Source: Amphiscolops sp. MND2022
Lineage: Eukaryota
Length of the DNA stretch: 64,000 nucleotides
NCBI GenBank assembly: GCA_964187785.1
Contig: OZ076409.1
Span: forward strand, 8,062,001 to 8,126,000
Direction: 5' to 3'
The position numbers were made by a program, and so were the translations under genes. This document shows, piece by piece, positions 38,701-53,700 of this stretch. The stretch's first letter is position 1, and each line of letters opens with the position of its first letter. Under the pieces are notes generated by a model, which did not search any database, was not told where the DNA came from, and saw nothing but the letters and a program-made list of their open reading frames with translations.

Positions 38701-41700
38701 CTTGAGGTGTGCATTGAACCAAAATCAAAAGAGATGCATTTGAATATTCAATTGCTAGTTAAAAAGACACCGGCCACTAATGAGTGAAAATATCATTTTG
38801 ATTTCGCCTCAGAAGACTTTTTGTGAGAAAGATGATAAACACTAATCCGGAGATACGAAAACAAAATGTGCGGATAACAAAGAGAAGAAAACAAATCGGA
38901 GTGGATGGTTCACGTAGTCATCCAATGGGACTGATTGCTCATTTGGCTGCCTTGTTATTCCGGAGATAGAAACCCGGGTCGACCCTCCATGGATATCTTA
39001 GTAAGATCGTGACAAGATATTGCCAAGAATTGCAAGATGTCATGGTACGATCTTATCAAGAGAGCCATTTTTCCAAGAAAACTTTTATTGTAAAATCCTA
39101 TTTGGAAAGAAAAAAATCTGAAAGGAAGTCAACAAAAATCAACATTTCTGCAGATTTAGTGCAATGACCGCCGTTTCTAGCAGTAATAAGGCTGCTGAAA
39201 CAGGCTCGAAGAAAGCTGGAAATATGATTTTACAAAAACTTCCGGAATTTAAGGTCTTTGCTTTGTAACTTTCCGACAGTGGGTCTGGACGTTTGAGAGC
39301 ATTTTTCTCCGTCTCTGGAATCGACAGGAGGGATAAATTACAAGTTTTGGAAAACCCTTGAAAAGAACGTTCATTTGGTACATTCGCATTTCTCAGTCTT
39401 AAACAGGTGAGGACTTATCAGGATTCTCGTCAAGTTTTCGGAAGCCAGAATACGTTATCGTAATTTTTCACGCCTTTTTTCATGCAAAATTTTTTCAGCA
39501 GGTTTAAGCATTTTGATTATGAAAACGAGTAGAAATAGTCGTTGTTGGGTGAAATGAGCCTTTAGATTGAGTCTCGGCTGTTTGTACCGAAGGACTAGTG
39601 ATTTCTTTTTTAATTCTTAAAATTTTGTCCATCGTGATAAGATACGATCTTGGAATAAGTATTATCTTGGTAAGATCTTAATAAGCATCTTGCCATGGGA
39701 TCCATGGCTGCCAAGATGTATTAAGAATTTGGCAAGATCTTGCCAAGACAGCCAAGATGCTTTCCCCCGGTCAACCCGAGAAGAAAGAAGCAATCATCTA
39801 AAAAAATTCGAAAATAACGAGCAAAAAAGACTCATTTTCAAAAGTATTCCTCACTTTTGGCCCACATTTGCTCAATTTTTTTAAAGTTATGTTCAATTGA
39901 CCCCCTGAACTTACCAAAGTCCTTGATATGTTTTGATTTCGGAATCATTCTAAAACCTTTGGAAAAATAAGCTGTAAAATTAGGCTTTTCCGAAACAAAA
40001 TGAACAAGGATACGACTCTGAAATCTTAACTTAAACCAATCTCATTCTGATACCATTTCCTTTATTTTCGAGAAAGGATTATTTTGTCAAATTCAAAATG
40101 TTCGGGAGAATTTTCTCTTTCTAATCACTCTCAAAAAGTGAAACTCGGGTCAAAGTGAGATGCAGAGGTCAAACTGCCAATCTCCATCAAAACTACTACA
40201 AACAGAGAGTTGTACAGTCTGATTGTAAAGAACCTTTTAGTAAAATTCTGTCCAATTTGTGTTATGTGACTTTGTATACCATTGATGATATGAACCTACA
40301 CTAGAAAACAGTTGAACTGAAGATCTACATACACTAATGTTTTAACCTTAGATAAGCGAAATTAACATGGCGCAGTAAGCAAGATCCACATCCTTTTTAC
40401 AGTGTACAAAACCTTTTACCGACAAACTAACCACCGATGATTGCCACAACAAACATAAGATTACCGTTTTTGGAAGACACCGGGCTGGACGGGAAAAAAC
40501 TACATACACCCAAGGAATGAACTGAAAGATTTCGGCATTATATAAAATGAATCCACAATGTCGTTATCAAAATACATTAGTAGATGATACGACACCAACC
40601 GGCGACCCCCGGGATACCGAAGAACAGGAGATGAGACAAGATTTCATTGGGGGCACTGGACCATCAGCAATTGAAATAATCACCGAAAGATAATTTAACA
40701 CCGACCCAGATACCATCAAAACCGATAAACTGATACAGTTTTTCCGGGAATACTGCATGCCAAAAAGAAACACCTATCACAGTCGTGAATGTTTCTTCTG
40801 GGCAGAACAAGAAGACGATTAGACATCCTAAGAAAAAGAACTGCGACTTCAAAGACAAAAAACAACAGGATTTACTTATATCAAAATTCATTACCTGCTC
40901 CACCGACAAAAAATTCCGGGAAAACTAATCCGTGAAAAACCATATACCTGAAAACAACCGTAGAATTCATTACCCGGGACAAAAGACGACAGAAACAACC
41001 TACCATACCACCCGCATAAGCAAAAAAAAACAGCGATAAAGCAAGAACCGATCTAAACGGTTCAAGCAAGACAACACCGAGAATAACGGAAAACACAACG
41101 GTGAATTCTGCGGACAACAAAACTGGACGCCCCAACATGACTGTACGGCGAAAGTTTGCAATGTAACAACTGCCAGAAATTAAAACACTTTGCACGGATG
41201 TGCCGCGGAAAACCAAACAATACTACAAAAAGAATAAATTATGTGGACAAAATGACTTCGGAGAAAGATTATGAAGAAAGCGAACCCGAACAACTAGGCT
41301 GGATAACACAAATAAAGAAAATGTTGCCGGACAACAGCGACAAAATCCGTATCGAAATGAAACTGAACAAATAACTTAACCAATGACACCGGCTCTGTGT
41401 TTACCATTATGCCAAACCATCCACGACTATGGCCGACGAATAACATCCAACCGATGAAGGAAAGATACCATGATGTGAACTAAAACAAAATCGAATTCCT
41501 CGGAAAGTTATGGGTGAAAGCAGAATACAACAACACAAAACCGAAACTGTCACTACAAATTACGAAGTGAGACGATATAACACTCCTCCTGGAGAAAATT
41601 GGCTAAAACAACTACCAATCACTAGCAACGAAATATAACTCGACAAAGAAACCAACCAATCAGAAACAATCCACACAAAACTCAGAAAGTTTTTCGAAAC

Positions 41701-44700
41701 AAATCACATTATCAAAAGTGCTAAGTGTAAACAAATAAAACCGGAACGTTACCCAATATAACAAAAAGCGCGACCAATGTCATATCGCTTACAAGACGAC
41801 GTAAAAAACGAACTGGTTCGACTAATAAAATCCGGACATCTAGAAAGATTAGAAACAGTCGAAAAAAAACTGGTTCGTATCCCCCGCAGTAATTACATTG
41901 AAACAAAAAATTGGTCAGAATCGCACAAGATGCACGAACATTGAACGATTGTAACTGAACGGTATAAAAGCGACCACACATGCCCAAAATGGACGAAATA
42001 CTTAGCCAAATTTCATCCGAAACCGATCTGTCAAAAAACGACTCAGACCCGATTTGGATATCAGTGATAGACTTCGACTACGCTCACAAACAGATTCAAC
42101 TAGCACCGGAAACCAGCAAACACTGCAATTTTGCAATCACGGGAGAAACAATTACCAGATACTACCGCTTTCTAAAAAGATTGTAGGAAGCAGATGTCAT
42201 ACCGACCATCTTCTGAGGGAAAACAGACTAATAACTCGGCCACCAAACACCAATATGGTTATATGAAATTATAGTTGTAACAGGTGGAACAAAGGAACAA
42301 CACACCAAAAAACTAGAATCAGACCTAACAAAACTGGAAAACGAAGCAAACAGAGCCAGCAAAACGAAATCAAAATTCTAACAGAAGGAAACAGCATGGC
42401 TGAGCCACACGTTTTCACGTAGTTAAATCAAATCGACTAGAGAAAAGACGGAGGCCATCAACAATTTGAACCCACAAACAAGCACCAAAACATTGAAGTC
42501 TTTTCTCGCAGTAATACAATACTTTGCAAAATTCTTACCAAGTCTATCAGAAAAGACGAACAATATGAGACAAATCTTAACCAACGGAACGAATTGGAAA
42601 TGGACGGAAGAACGAAGTACAGATTTCAACTGATTAAAAGGACATTTCACGACGCAATTGTGTTTAGCACTTTACAACAAAAACAAAGAAAACATTGTCG
42701 CAACAGATGCCTGCAATACCGGCCTCGTGATGGCATTATGGCAAAACAGAATAACAACGAACTACAACCCATCGCTTTCACCAGCCGCGACCTGAACGAC
42801 TTCGAAAAGAAAATCTCCGTTTCTGAGTTAGAACTATTAGCCATAGTTTGGGGCCTCGAGTGTTTCAGATTCCACCTATACAGTAAATAAGTCCAATTAT
42901 TATCAGGCCGCCAAGCAGAACCATTATTAAAGAAAAAAAACGAAACAAACAAACAGTACAGCGCCCGGTTAACCTGATGGTTGGAAACACTAAACCACTT
43001 CAATATAACTTTGAAATATACAGCGAGCAAAGAATTCAATTTTGCTGATTTTATCAGCCCAAATCCAACAGTAAATGAGGAACCGGAAGAAAATTACAAT
43101 GAAGAATTCGTCATCAACACCATCGCGCAACTTGCAACGGTAAAAGACCGTATTTGACGGATCTTCAACCAATCAGAAAGCAAAAACATAGGCGCAACTG
43201 TCATTGCGCGACGGCTCCGAGCAGACGACCTCTTTGAGAGAGCTCAGGAGTAATGGGTTCTACGAAAGTGCGCCCAAGCACCCCAATTGAATGGGGTACA
43301 TCAAAATATTTTCGCAAAAAAAACAGATTTTTGTCGCAAAAAATCCATAACTTTTCCGATTTTTATTCGCCATTTTCTCAACGACCAATGATCATAGGAT
43401 AATGAAACTTTCATGAGATTAAAGAAGACATCCTCCTCTTGCGTCGGTCGTTGCTAATTATGAGCCGGTCCGATGTCGTTTAATTAGAAAAAATGAGCAA
43501 AATGTACATTTAGAAAATTTTTCCGGAAAACCGAAAAATGTTACGATTTTTATTCGCCATTTTCTCAACGACCAATGATCGTAGGATAATGAAACTTTCA
43601 TGAGGTTAGAGAAGACATCCTCTTGCGTCGGTCGGAGCTAATTATGAGCTGGTTCGGTGTCGTTTAAGTAGTAAAATTGAGCCGAATCTACATTTACAAA
43701 ATTTTTTCGCTAAAAACCCAAAAACTTTTCCAATTTACATTCGCTATTTTCTCAACGACCAATGATCGTAGGATAATGAAATTTTCATGAGCTTAGAGAA
43801 GACATTCTGTTGCGTCAGTCGGTACTAATTATCAGCCGGTTCGATTTGTTTAAGTAGTAAAATTGAGCAAAATCTACACTTAGAAAATTTTTTCGAAAAA
43901 AAACCCAAAAAATTCCCGATTTTTATTCGCCATTTTCTCAACGCCCAATAATTGTAAAAGAATGAAACTTGCACAACCTTAAAGAAGACATCCTCGTGCG
44001 TCAGCTGGTACTTATTTTGAGACGGTTCGATATGGTTCATGTGGAAAAATTGCGCAAAATCGGAAAAAACCCTAAAAATTTTCGCAAAAACCATGTTTTC
44101 GAAGCTAATATAATCGCCCAGGCGGAAAATTTTCGGAACCTTCTTACATGGCCAGAATGGGCATTCACTTGCGGATCTTTTTTGAAATTTTGAATTGTCT
44201 CGGAGAAATAGGCTTGAAGAAAAATAGCCGAAACTTCTACAAATGCAGAGGGATGTCACGTTTTGGCGAAAAAAAAACATAGGGGATCAAACATAAAAAA
44301 CAGTCAAAAATAGCGTTTTTTCAAAACTTCTTTTGAAAAAAAACCATGAAGCCGAATTTTTTTTTCGAATTTTTTTTCGACGAAAATGTAGCCCAGGAAC
44401 CTGCGCAACTTTTAGCGGAAACATGGTGTCCGTATCTGTTATGGGTTTTGAGAAATTTGCCGCACAAGTTTGAAAAGTTGGCACATGTAACGAAATCTGC
44501 GAAAAAAAACATAGGCGCGACGGCATGTCGCGCTTGGGCACGAGCAGAAACGTTCAATGGTCTGCAGAAGGTGCTAGAAAATGTGTATATCCCAGATTCC
44601 AAAACCTAGTGAACTTATCTAGTCTCAGATCAAGAAAATTTAGATGAAAGAACTAAAAAGAAAGGTGAGAAATTGAAGTTTGAGAAAAATGAAAATTGTA

Positions 44701-47700
44701 ATTTTAGCAGAAAAACGTAGTCGTCATACTTGATGACGTAAACTTTGATAGTACAAGAACTAGCCTACATCTTTGCATAACTCTGTGAGGGAGAATGGAG
44801 AATGGTTTTGTATCTACTTTCCCTTCTGAGAAAAATCAGTTACAATTTGGGAAAAAATGAAAACTTTTCGAATTTTTTCTTCATCCATTCATTTGCCCAA
44901 TAATACCAGAGCGAGAAAAAGTCGACGTCATTTTTACCTTTACACATAGCCTACAGAACCCTTGTACAAATTACGAAACCATGGACTCCGTATTCGTTCT
45001 CGGTCCTGATATACAGGATACAGATATACAAGCTCGAGTAAAAAAGAACTGCGAATTTTTTTCAAAAAAATCAAGTATTTTTAGCAGAAAAACGAAGGCG
45101 TCATACTTGATGACGAAAACTTGATTAGTACAAAAAAGCCCACATCCTTGCTATTTGTCTTGAGGAAGAATCGTTTCTGTATCTTTCGTCAGTGTTGAGA
45201 AATATGAGCTACAAATGAGAAAACATTTTCCGACATTTTTTTTCATCCATTTTTTTGCCCAAAAAACCAAGTCTGAAAAAAATTTTGACGCCAATTTTAA
45301 GCGAAAATGTAGCCTATGAAACGCTTGTAAATTACACGAAACCATGGACCCTGTATTTGGTCCTGGTTCTGAGAAATAGGGGATCAAACATAAAAAAAAC
45401 AGTCAAAAATAGCGTTTTTTCAAAACTTCTATCTAAAAAAACCATGAAGCCGAATTTTTTTCGAATTTTTTTTCGACGAAAATGTAGCCCAGGAACCTGC
45501 GCAACTTTTGGCTAAGACAAAGGTTTTTCGTATCTCTTTTCAGTTCTGAGGAAAATCAGTTACAAATTATGAAAAAATGTGAAATTTTTAAAATTTCTTC
45601 TTCATCCCTTTATTTGCCCAAAAAACCGGAGCAAAAAAAATTCGACGTCATTATTGGTTTCAAACGCAGCCTACTGAGCCCTAGTACAAATTACGAAAAC
45701 ATGGACTGCGTATTTGTTCTCGGTCTTGAGATATAGGGGCTTAAGTATAAAATAAATAGGAAAATTTTTCAAAAAAAAAACAAGTATTTTTAGCAGAAAA
45801 ACGAACGCGTCATACGTGATGACGGAAACTTTGTTGGTGCAAAACCTAGCTAACATCCTTGCTGTTTATCTTGAGGGAGAATGGTTTCTGTATCTTTCGT
45901 CAGGTTTGAGAAATATGAGCTACAAATGAGAACAAAAATTTTCGACATTTTTTTTCATCCATTTTTTTGCCCAAAAAACCAAGTCTGAAAAACATTTTGA
46001 CGCCAAGTTTGAGCGAAAATGTAGCCTACGAAACGCTTGTAAATTACACGAAACCATGGACCCTGTATTTGGTCCTGGTTCTGAGAAATAGGGGATCAAA
46101 CATAAAAAACAGTCAAAAATAGCGTTTTTTCAAAACTTCTTTTGAAAAAAAACCATGAAGCCGAATTTTTTTTTCGAATTTTTTTTCGACGAAAATGTAG
46201 CCCAGGAACCTGCGCAACTTTTAGCGGAAACATGGTGTCCGTATCTGTTATGGGTTTTGAGAAATTTGCCGCACAAGTTTGAAAAGTTGGCACATGTAAC
46301 GAAATCTGCGAAAAAAAACATAGGCGCGACGGCATGTCGCGCTTGGGCACGAGCAGAAACGTTCAATGGTCTGCAGAAGGTGCTAGAAAATGTGTATATC
46401 CCAGATTCCAAAACCTAGTGAACTTATCTAGTCTCAGATCAAGAAAATTTAGATGAAAGAACTAAAAAGAAAGGTGAGAAATTGAGTTTGAGAAAAATGA
46501 AAATTGTAATTTTAGCAGAAAAACGTAGGCGTCACACTTGATAACGGAAACTTTGATAGTACAAGAACTAGCCTACATCTTTGCATAACTCTGTGAGGGA
46601 GAATGGTTTTCGTATCTACTTTCACTTCTGGGAAAAGTCAGTTACAATTTGGGAAAAAATGGAAGTTTTTCGAATTTTTTCTTCATCCATTTATTTGCCC
46701 AATAATACCAGAGCGAAAAAAAGTCGACGTCATTTTTACCTCTACACATAGCCTACTGAACCCTCGTACAAATTACGAAACCATGGACTCCGTATTCGTT
46801 CTCGGTCCTGATATACAGGATACAGATATACAAGCTCGAGTAAAAAAGAACTGAGAAATTTTCTCAAAAAAAACAAGTTTTTTAGCAGAAAAACGAAGGC
46901 GTCATACTTGATGACGAAAACTTGATTAGTACAAAAAAGCCCACATCCTTGCTATTTGTCTTGAGGAAGAATGGTTTCTGTATCTTTCGTTAGTGTTGAG
47001 AAATATGAGCTACAAATGAGAAAAAATTTTTCGACATTTTTTTCATCCATTTTTTTGCCTAAAAAATCAAGTCTGAAGAAAATTTTGACGCGAATTTTGA
47101 GCGAAAATGTAGCCTTTGAAACGCTTGTAAATTACACGAAACCATGGACCCTGTATTTGGTCCTGGTTCTGAGAAATAGGGGATCAAACATAAAAAAACA
47201 GTCAAAAATAGCGTTTTTTCAAAACTTCTTTTTAAAAAAACCATGAAGCCGAATTTTTTTCGAATTTTTTTTTCGACGAAAATGTAGCCCAGGAACCTGC
47301 GCAACTTTTGGCTATGACAAAGGTTTTTCGTATCTCCTTTCAGTTCTGAGGAAAATCAGTTGAAAATTATGAAAAAATGTGAAATTTTTCAAATTTCTTC
47401 TTCATCCCTTTATTTGCCCAAAAAAACCGGAGCAAAAAAATTCGACGTCATTATTGGTTTTAAACGCAGCCTACTGAGCCCTAGTACAAATTACGAAACG
47501 ATGGACTGCGTATTTGTTCTCGGTCTTGAGATATAGGGGCTCAAGTATAAAATAAATAGGAAAATTTTTCAAAAAAAACAAGTATTTTTAGCAGAAAAAC
47601 GAACGCGTCATACGTGATGACGGAAACTTTGTTGGTACAAAACCTAGCTTACATCCTTGCTGTTTATCTTGAGGGAGAATGGTTTCTGTATCTTTCGTCA

Positions 47701-50700
47701 GTTTTGAGAAATATGAGCTACAAATAAGAAAAAAACTTTTGACATTTTTTTTCATCCAGTTTTTTGCCCAAAAAACCAAGTGTGAAAAAAATTTTGACGC
47801 CAATTTTGAACGAAAATGTAGCCTACGAAACGCTTGTAAATTACACGAAACCATGGACCCTGTATTTGGTCCTGGTTCTGAGAAATAGGGGATCAAACAT
47901 AAAAAAAACAGTCAAAAATAGCGTTTTTTCAAAACTTCTTTTTAAAAAAACCATGAAGCCGATTTTTTTTCGAATTTTTTTTCGACGAAAATGTAGCCCA
48001 GGAACCTGCGCAACTTTTGGCTATGACAAAGGTTTTTCGTATCTCCTTTCAGTTCTGAGGAAAATCAGTTACAAATTATGAAAAAATGTGAAATTTTTCA
48101 AATTTCTTCTTCATCCCTTTATTTGCCCAAAAAAACCGGAGCAAAAAAACTTCGACGTCATTATTGGTTTTAAACGCAGCCTACTGAGCCCTAGTACAAA
48201 TTACGAAACCATGGACTGCGTATTTGTTCTCGGTCTTGAGATATAGGGGCTTAAGTATAAAATAAATAGGAAATATTTTCAAAAAAAAACAAGTATTTTT
48301 AGCAGAAAAACGAACGCGTCATACGTGATGACGGAAACTTTGTTGGTGCAAAACCTAGCTTACATCCTTGCTGTTTATCTTGAGGGAGAATGGTTTCTGT
48401 ATCTTTCGTCAGGTTTGAGAAATATGAGCTACAAATGAGAAAAAATTTTTCGACATTTTTTTTCATCCATTTTTTTGCCCAAAAAACCAAGTCTGAAAAA
48501 CATTTTGACGCCAAGTTTGAGCGAAAATGTAGCCTACGAAACGCTTGTAAATTACACGAAACCATGGACCCTGTATTTGGTCCTGGTTCTGAGAAATAGG
48601 GGATCAAACATAAAAAACAGTCAAAAATAGCGTTTTTTTCAAAACTTCTTTTAAAAAAACATGAAGCCGATTTTTTTTCGAATTTTTTTTTCGACGAAAA
48701 TGTAGCCCAGGAACCTGCGCAACTTCTAGCGGAAACATGGTGTCCGTATCTGTTATGGGCTTTGAGACATTTGCCGCACAAGTTTGAAAAGTTGGCACAT
48801 GTCACGAAATCTGCGAAAAAAAAACATAGGCGCGACGGCATGTCGCGCTTGGGCACGAGCAGAAACGTTCAATGGTCTGCAGAAGGTGCTAGAAAATGTG
48901 TATATCCCAGATTCCAAAACCTAGTGAACTTATCTAGTCTCAGATCAAGAAAATTTAGATGAAAGAACTAAAAAGAAAGGTGAGAAATTGAGTTTGAGAA
49001 AAATGAAAATTGTAATTTTAGCAGAAAAACGTAGGCGTCATACTTGATAACGGAAACTTTGATAGTACAAGAACTAGCCTACATCTTTGCATAACTCTGT
49101 GAGGGAGAATGGTTTTCGTATCTACTTTCACTTCTGAGAAAAATCAGTTACAATTTGGGAAAAAATGGAAGTTTTTCGAATTTTTTCTTCATCCATTTAT
49201 TTGCCCAATAATACCAGAGCGAAAAAAAAGTCGACGTCATTTTTACCTTTACACATAGCCTACTGAACCCTCGTACAAATTACGAAACCATGGACTCCGT
49301 ATTCGTTCTCGGTCCTGATATACAGGATACAGATATACAAGCTCGAGTAAAAAAGAACTGAGAAATTTTTTCAAAAAAAAACAAGTATTTTTAGCAGAAA
49401 AACGAAGGCGTCATACTTGATGACGAAAACTTGATTAGTACAAAAAAGCCCACATCCTTGCTCTTTGTCTTGAGGAAGAATGGTTTCTGTATCTTTCGTC
49501 AGTGTTGAGAAATATGAGCTACAAATGAGAAAAAATTTTTCGACATTTTTTTAAATCCATTATTTTGCCCAAAAAACCAAGTCTGAAAAAAATTTTGACG
49601 CCAATTTTGAGCGAAAATGTAGCCTATGAAACGCTTGTAAATTACACGAAACCATGGACCCTGTATTTGGTCCTGGTTCTGAGAAATAGGGGATCAAACA
49701 TAAAAAAAAAACAGTCAAAAATAGCGTTTTTTCAAATCTTCTTTTTAAAAAAACCATGAAGCCGAATTTTTTTCGAATTTTTTTTCAACGAAAATGTAGC
49801 CCAGGAACCTGCGCAACTTTTGGCTATGACAAAGGTTTTTCGTATCTCCTTTCAGTTCTGAGGAAAATCAGTTAAAAATTATGAAAAAATGTGAAATTTT
49901 TCAAATTTCTTTTTCATCCCTTTATTTGCCCAAAAAAACCGGAGCAAAAAAAATTCGACGTCATTATTGGTTTTAAACGCAGCCTACTGAGCCCTAGTAC
50001 AAATTACGAAACCATGGACTGCGTATTTGTTCTCGGTCTTGAGATATAGGGGCTTAAGTATAAAATAAATAGGAAAATTTTTCAAAAAAAAACAAGTATT
50101 TTTAGCAGAAAAACGAACGCGTCATACGTGATGACGGAAACTTTGTTGGTGCAAAACCTAGCTTACATCCTTGCTGTTTATCTTGAGGGAGAATGGTTTC
50201 TGTATCTTTCGTCAGGTTTGAGAAATATGAGCTACAAATGAGAAAAAATTTTTCGACATTTTTTTTCATCCATTTTTTTTGCCCAAAAAACCAAGTCTGA
50301 AAAACATTTTGACGCCAAGTTTGAGAGAAAATGTAGCCTACGAAACGCTTGTAAATTACACGAAACCATTTACCCTGTATTTGGTCCTGGTTCTGAGAAA
50401 TAGGGGATCAAACATAAAAAACAGTCAAAAATAGCGTTTTTTCAAAACTTCTTTTAAAAAAAACCATGAAGCCGAATTTTTTTCGAATTTTTTTTTCGAC
50501 GAAAATGTAGCCCAGGAACCTGCGCAACTTTTAGCGGAAACATGGTGTCCGTATCTGTTATGGGTTTTGAGAAATTTGCCGCACAAGTTTGAAAAGTTGG
50601 CACATGTCACGAAATCTGCGAAAAACAACATAGGCGCGACGGCATGTCGCGCTTGGGCACGAGCAGAAACGTTCAATGGTCTGCAGAAGGTGCTAGAAAA

Positions 50701-53700
50701 TGTGTATATCCCAGATTCCAAAACCTAGTGAACTTATCTAGTTTCAGATCAAGAAAATTTAGATGAAAGAACTAAAAAGAAAGGTGAGAAATTGAGTTTG
50801 AGAAAAATGAAAATTGTAACTTTAGCAGAAAAACGTAGGCGTCATACTTGATAACGGAAACTTTGATAGTACAAGAACTAGCCTACATCTTTGCATAACT
50901 CTGTGAGGGAGAATGGTTTTCGTATCTACTTTCACTTCTGGGAAAAATCAGTTACAATTTGGGAAAAAATGGAAGTTTTTCGAATTTTTCTTCATCCATT
51001 TATTTGCCCAATAATACCAGAGCGAAAAAAAGTCGACGTCATTTTTACCTTTACACATAGCCTACTGAACCCTCGTACAAATTACGAAACCATGGACTCC
51101 GTATTCGTTCTCGGTCCTGATATACAGGATACAGATATACAAGCTCGAGTAAAAAAGAACTGAGAAATTTTTTCAAAAAAAACAAGTATTTTTAGCAGAA
51201 AAACGAAGGCGTCATACTTGATGACGAAAACTTGATTAGTACAAAAAAGCCCACATCCTTGCTATTTGTCTTGAGGAAGAATGGTTTCTGTATCTTTCGT
51301 CAGTGTTGAGAAATATGAGCTACAAATGAGAAAAAATTTTTCGACATTTTTTTTCATCCATTTTTTTGCCCAAAAAACCAAGTCTGAAAAAAATTTTGAT
51401 GCCAATTTTGAGCGAAAATGTAGCCTATGAAACGCTTGTAAATTACACGAAACCATGGACCCTGTATTTGGTCCTGGTTCTGAGAAATAGGGGATCAAAC
51501 ATAAAAAAAAAACAGTCAAAAATAGCGTTTTTTCAAAACTTCTTTTTAAAAAAACCATGAAGCCGAATTTTTTTCGAATTTTTTTTCAACGAAAATGTAG
51601 CCCAGGAACCTGCGCAACTTTTGGCTATGACAAAGGTTTTTCGTATCTCCTTTCAGTTCTGAGGAAAATCAGTTAAAAATTATGAAAAAATGTGAAATTT
51701 TTCAAATTTCTTCTTCATCCCTTTATTTGCCCAAAAAAACCGGAGCAAAAAAAATTCGACGTCATTATTGGTTTTAAACGCAGCCTACTGAGCCCTAGTA
51801 CAAATTACGAAACCATGGACTGCGTATTTGTTCTCGGTCTTGAGATATAGGGGCTTAAGTATAAAATAAATAGGAAAATTTTTCAAAAAAAAACAAGTAT
51901 TTTTAGCAGAAAAACGAACGCGTCATACGTGATGACGGAAACTTTGTTGGTGCAAAACCTAGCTTACATCCTTGCTGTTTATCTTGAGGGAGAATGGTTT
52001 CTGTATCTTTCGTCAGGTTTGAGAAATATGAGCTACAAATGAGAAAAAATTTTTCGACATTTTTTTTCATCCATTTTTTTTGCCCAAAAAACCAAGTCTG
52101 AAAAACATTTTGACGCCAAGTTTGAGCGAAAATGTAGCCTACGAAACGCTTGTAAATTACACGAAACCATGGACCCTGTATTTGGTCCTGGTTCTGAGAA
52201 ATAGGGGATCAAACATAAAAAACAGTCAAAAATAGCGTTTTTTCAAAACTTCTTTTAAAAAAAACCATGAAGCCGAATTTTTTTCGAATTTTTTTTTCGA
52301 CGAAAATGTAGCCCAGGAACCTGCGCAACTTTTAGCGGAAACATGGTGTCCGTATCTCTTATGGGTTTTGAGAAATTTGCCGCACAAGTTTGAAAAGTTG
52401 GCACATGTCACGAAATCTGCGAAAAACAACATAGGCGCGACGGCATGTCGCGCTTGGGCACGAGCAGAAACGTTCAATGGTCTGCAGAAGGTGCTAGAAA
52501 ATGTGTATATCCCAGATTCCAAAACCTAGTGAACTTATCTAGTTTCAGATCAAGAAAATTTAGATGAAAGAACTAAAAAGAAAGGTGAGAAATTGAGTTT
52601 GAGAAAAATGAAAATTGTAACTTTAGCAGAAAAACGTAGGCGTCATACTTGATAACGGAAACTTTGATAGTACAAGAACTAGCCTACATCTTTGCATAAC
52701 TCTGTGAGGGAGAATGGTTTTCGTATCTACTTTCACTTCTGGGAAAAATCAGTTACAATTTGGGAAAAAATGGAAGTTTTTCGAATTTTTCTTCATCCAT
52801 TTATTTGCCCAATAATACCAGAGCGAAAAAAAGTCGACGTCATTTTTACCTTTACACATAGCCTACTGAACCCTCGTACATATTACGAAACCATGGACTC
52901 CGTATTCGTTCTCGGTCCTGATATACAGGATACAGATATACAAGCTCGAGTAAAAAAGAACTGAGAAATTTTTTCAAAAAAAACAAGTATTTTTAGCAGA
53001 AAAACGAAGGCGTCATACTTGATGACGAAAACTTGATTAGTACAAAAAAGCCCACATCCTTGCTATTTGTCTTGAGGAAGAATGGTTTCTGTATCTTTCG
53101 TCAGTGTTGAGAAATATGAGCTACAAATGAGAAAAAATTTTTCGACATTTTTTTTCATCCATTTTTTTGCCCAAAAAACCAAGTCTGAAAAAAATTTTGA
53201 TGCCAATTTTGAGCGAAAATGTAGCCTATGAAACGCTTGTAAATTACACGAAACCATGGACCCTGTATTTGGTCCTGGTTCTGAGAAATAGGGGATCAAA
53301 CATAAAAAAAACAGTCAAAAATAGCGTTTTCTCAAAACTTCTTCTTAAAAAAACCATGAAGCCGAATTTTTTTTCGATTTTTTTTTCGACGAAAATTTAG
53401 CCCAGGAACCTGCGCAACTTTTAGCGGAAACATGGTGTCCGTATCTGTTATGGGTTTTGAGAAATTTGCCGCACAAGTTTGAAAAGTTGGCACATGTCAC
53501 GAAATCTGCGAAAAAAAAACATAGGCGCGACGGCATGTCGCGCTTGGGCACGAGCAGAAACGTTCAATGGTCTGCAGAAGGTGCTAGAAAATGTGTATAT
53601 ACCAGATTCCAAAACCTAGTGAACTTATCTAGTCTCAGATCAAGAAAATTTAGATGAAAGAACTAAAACGAAAGGTGAGAAATTGAAGTTTGAGAAAAAT

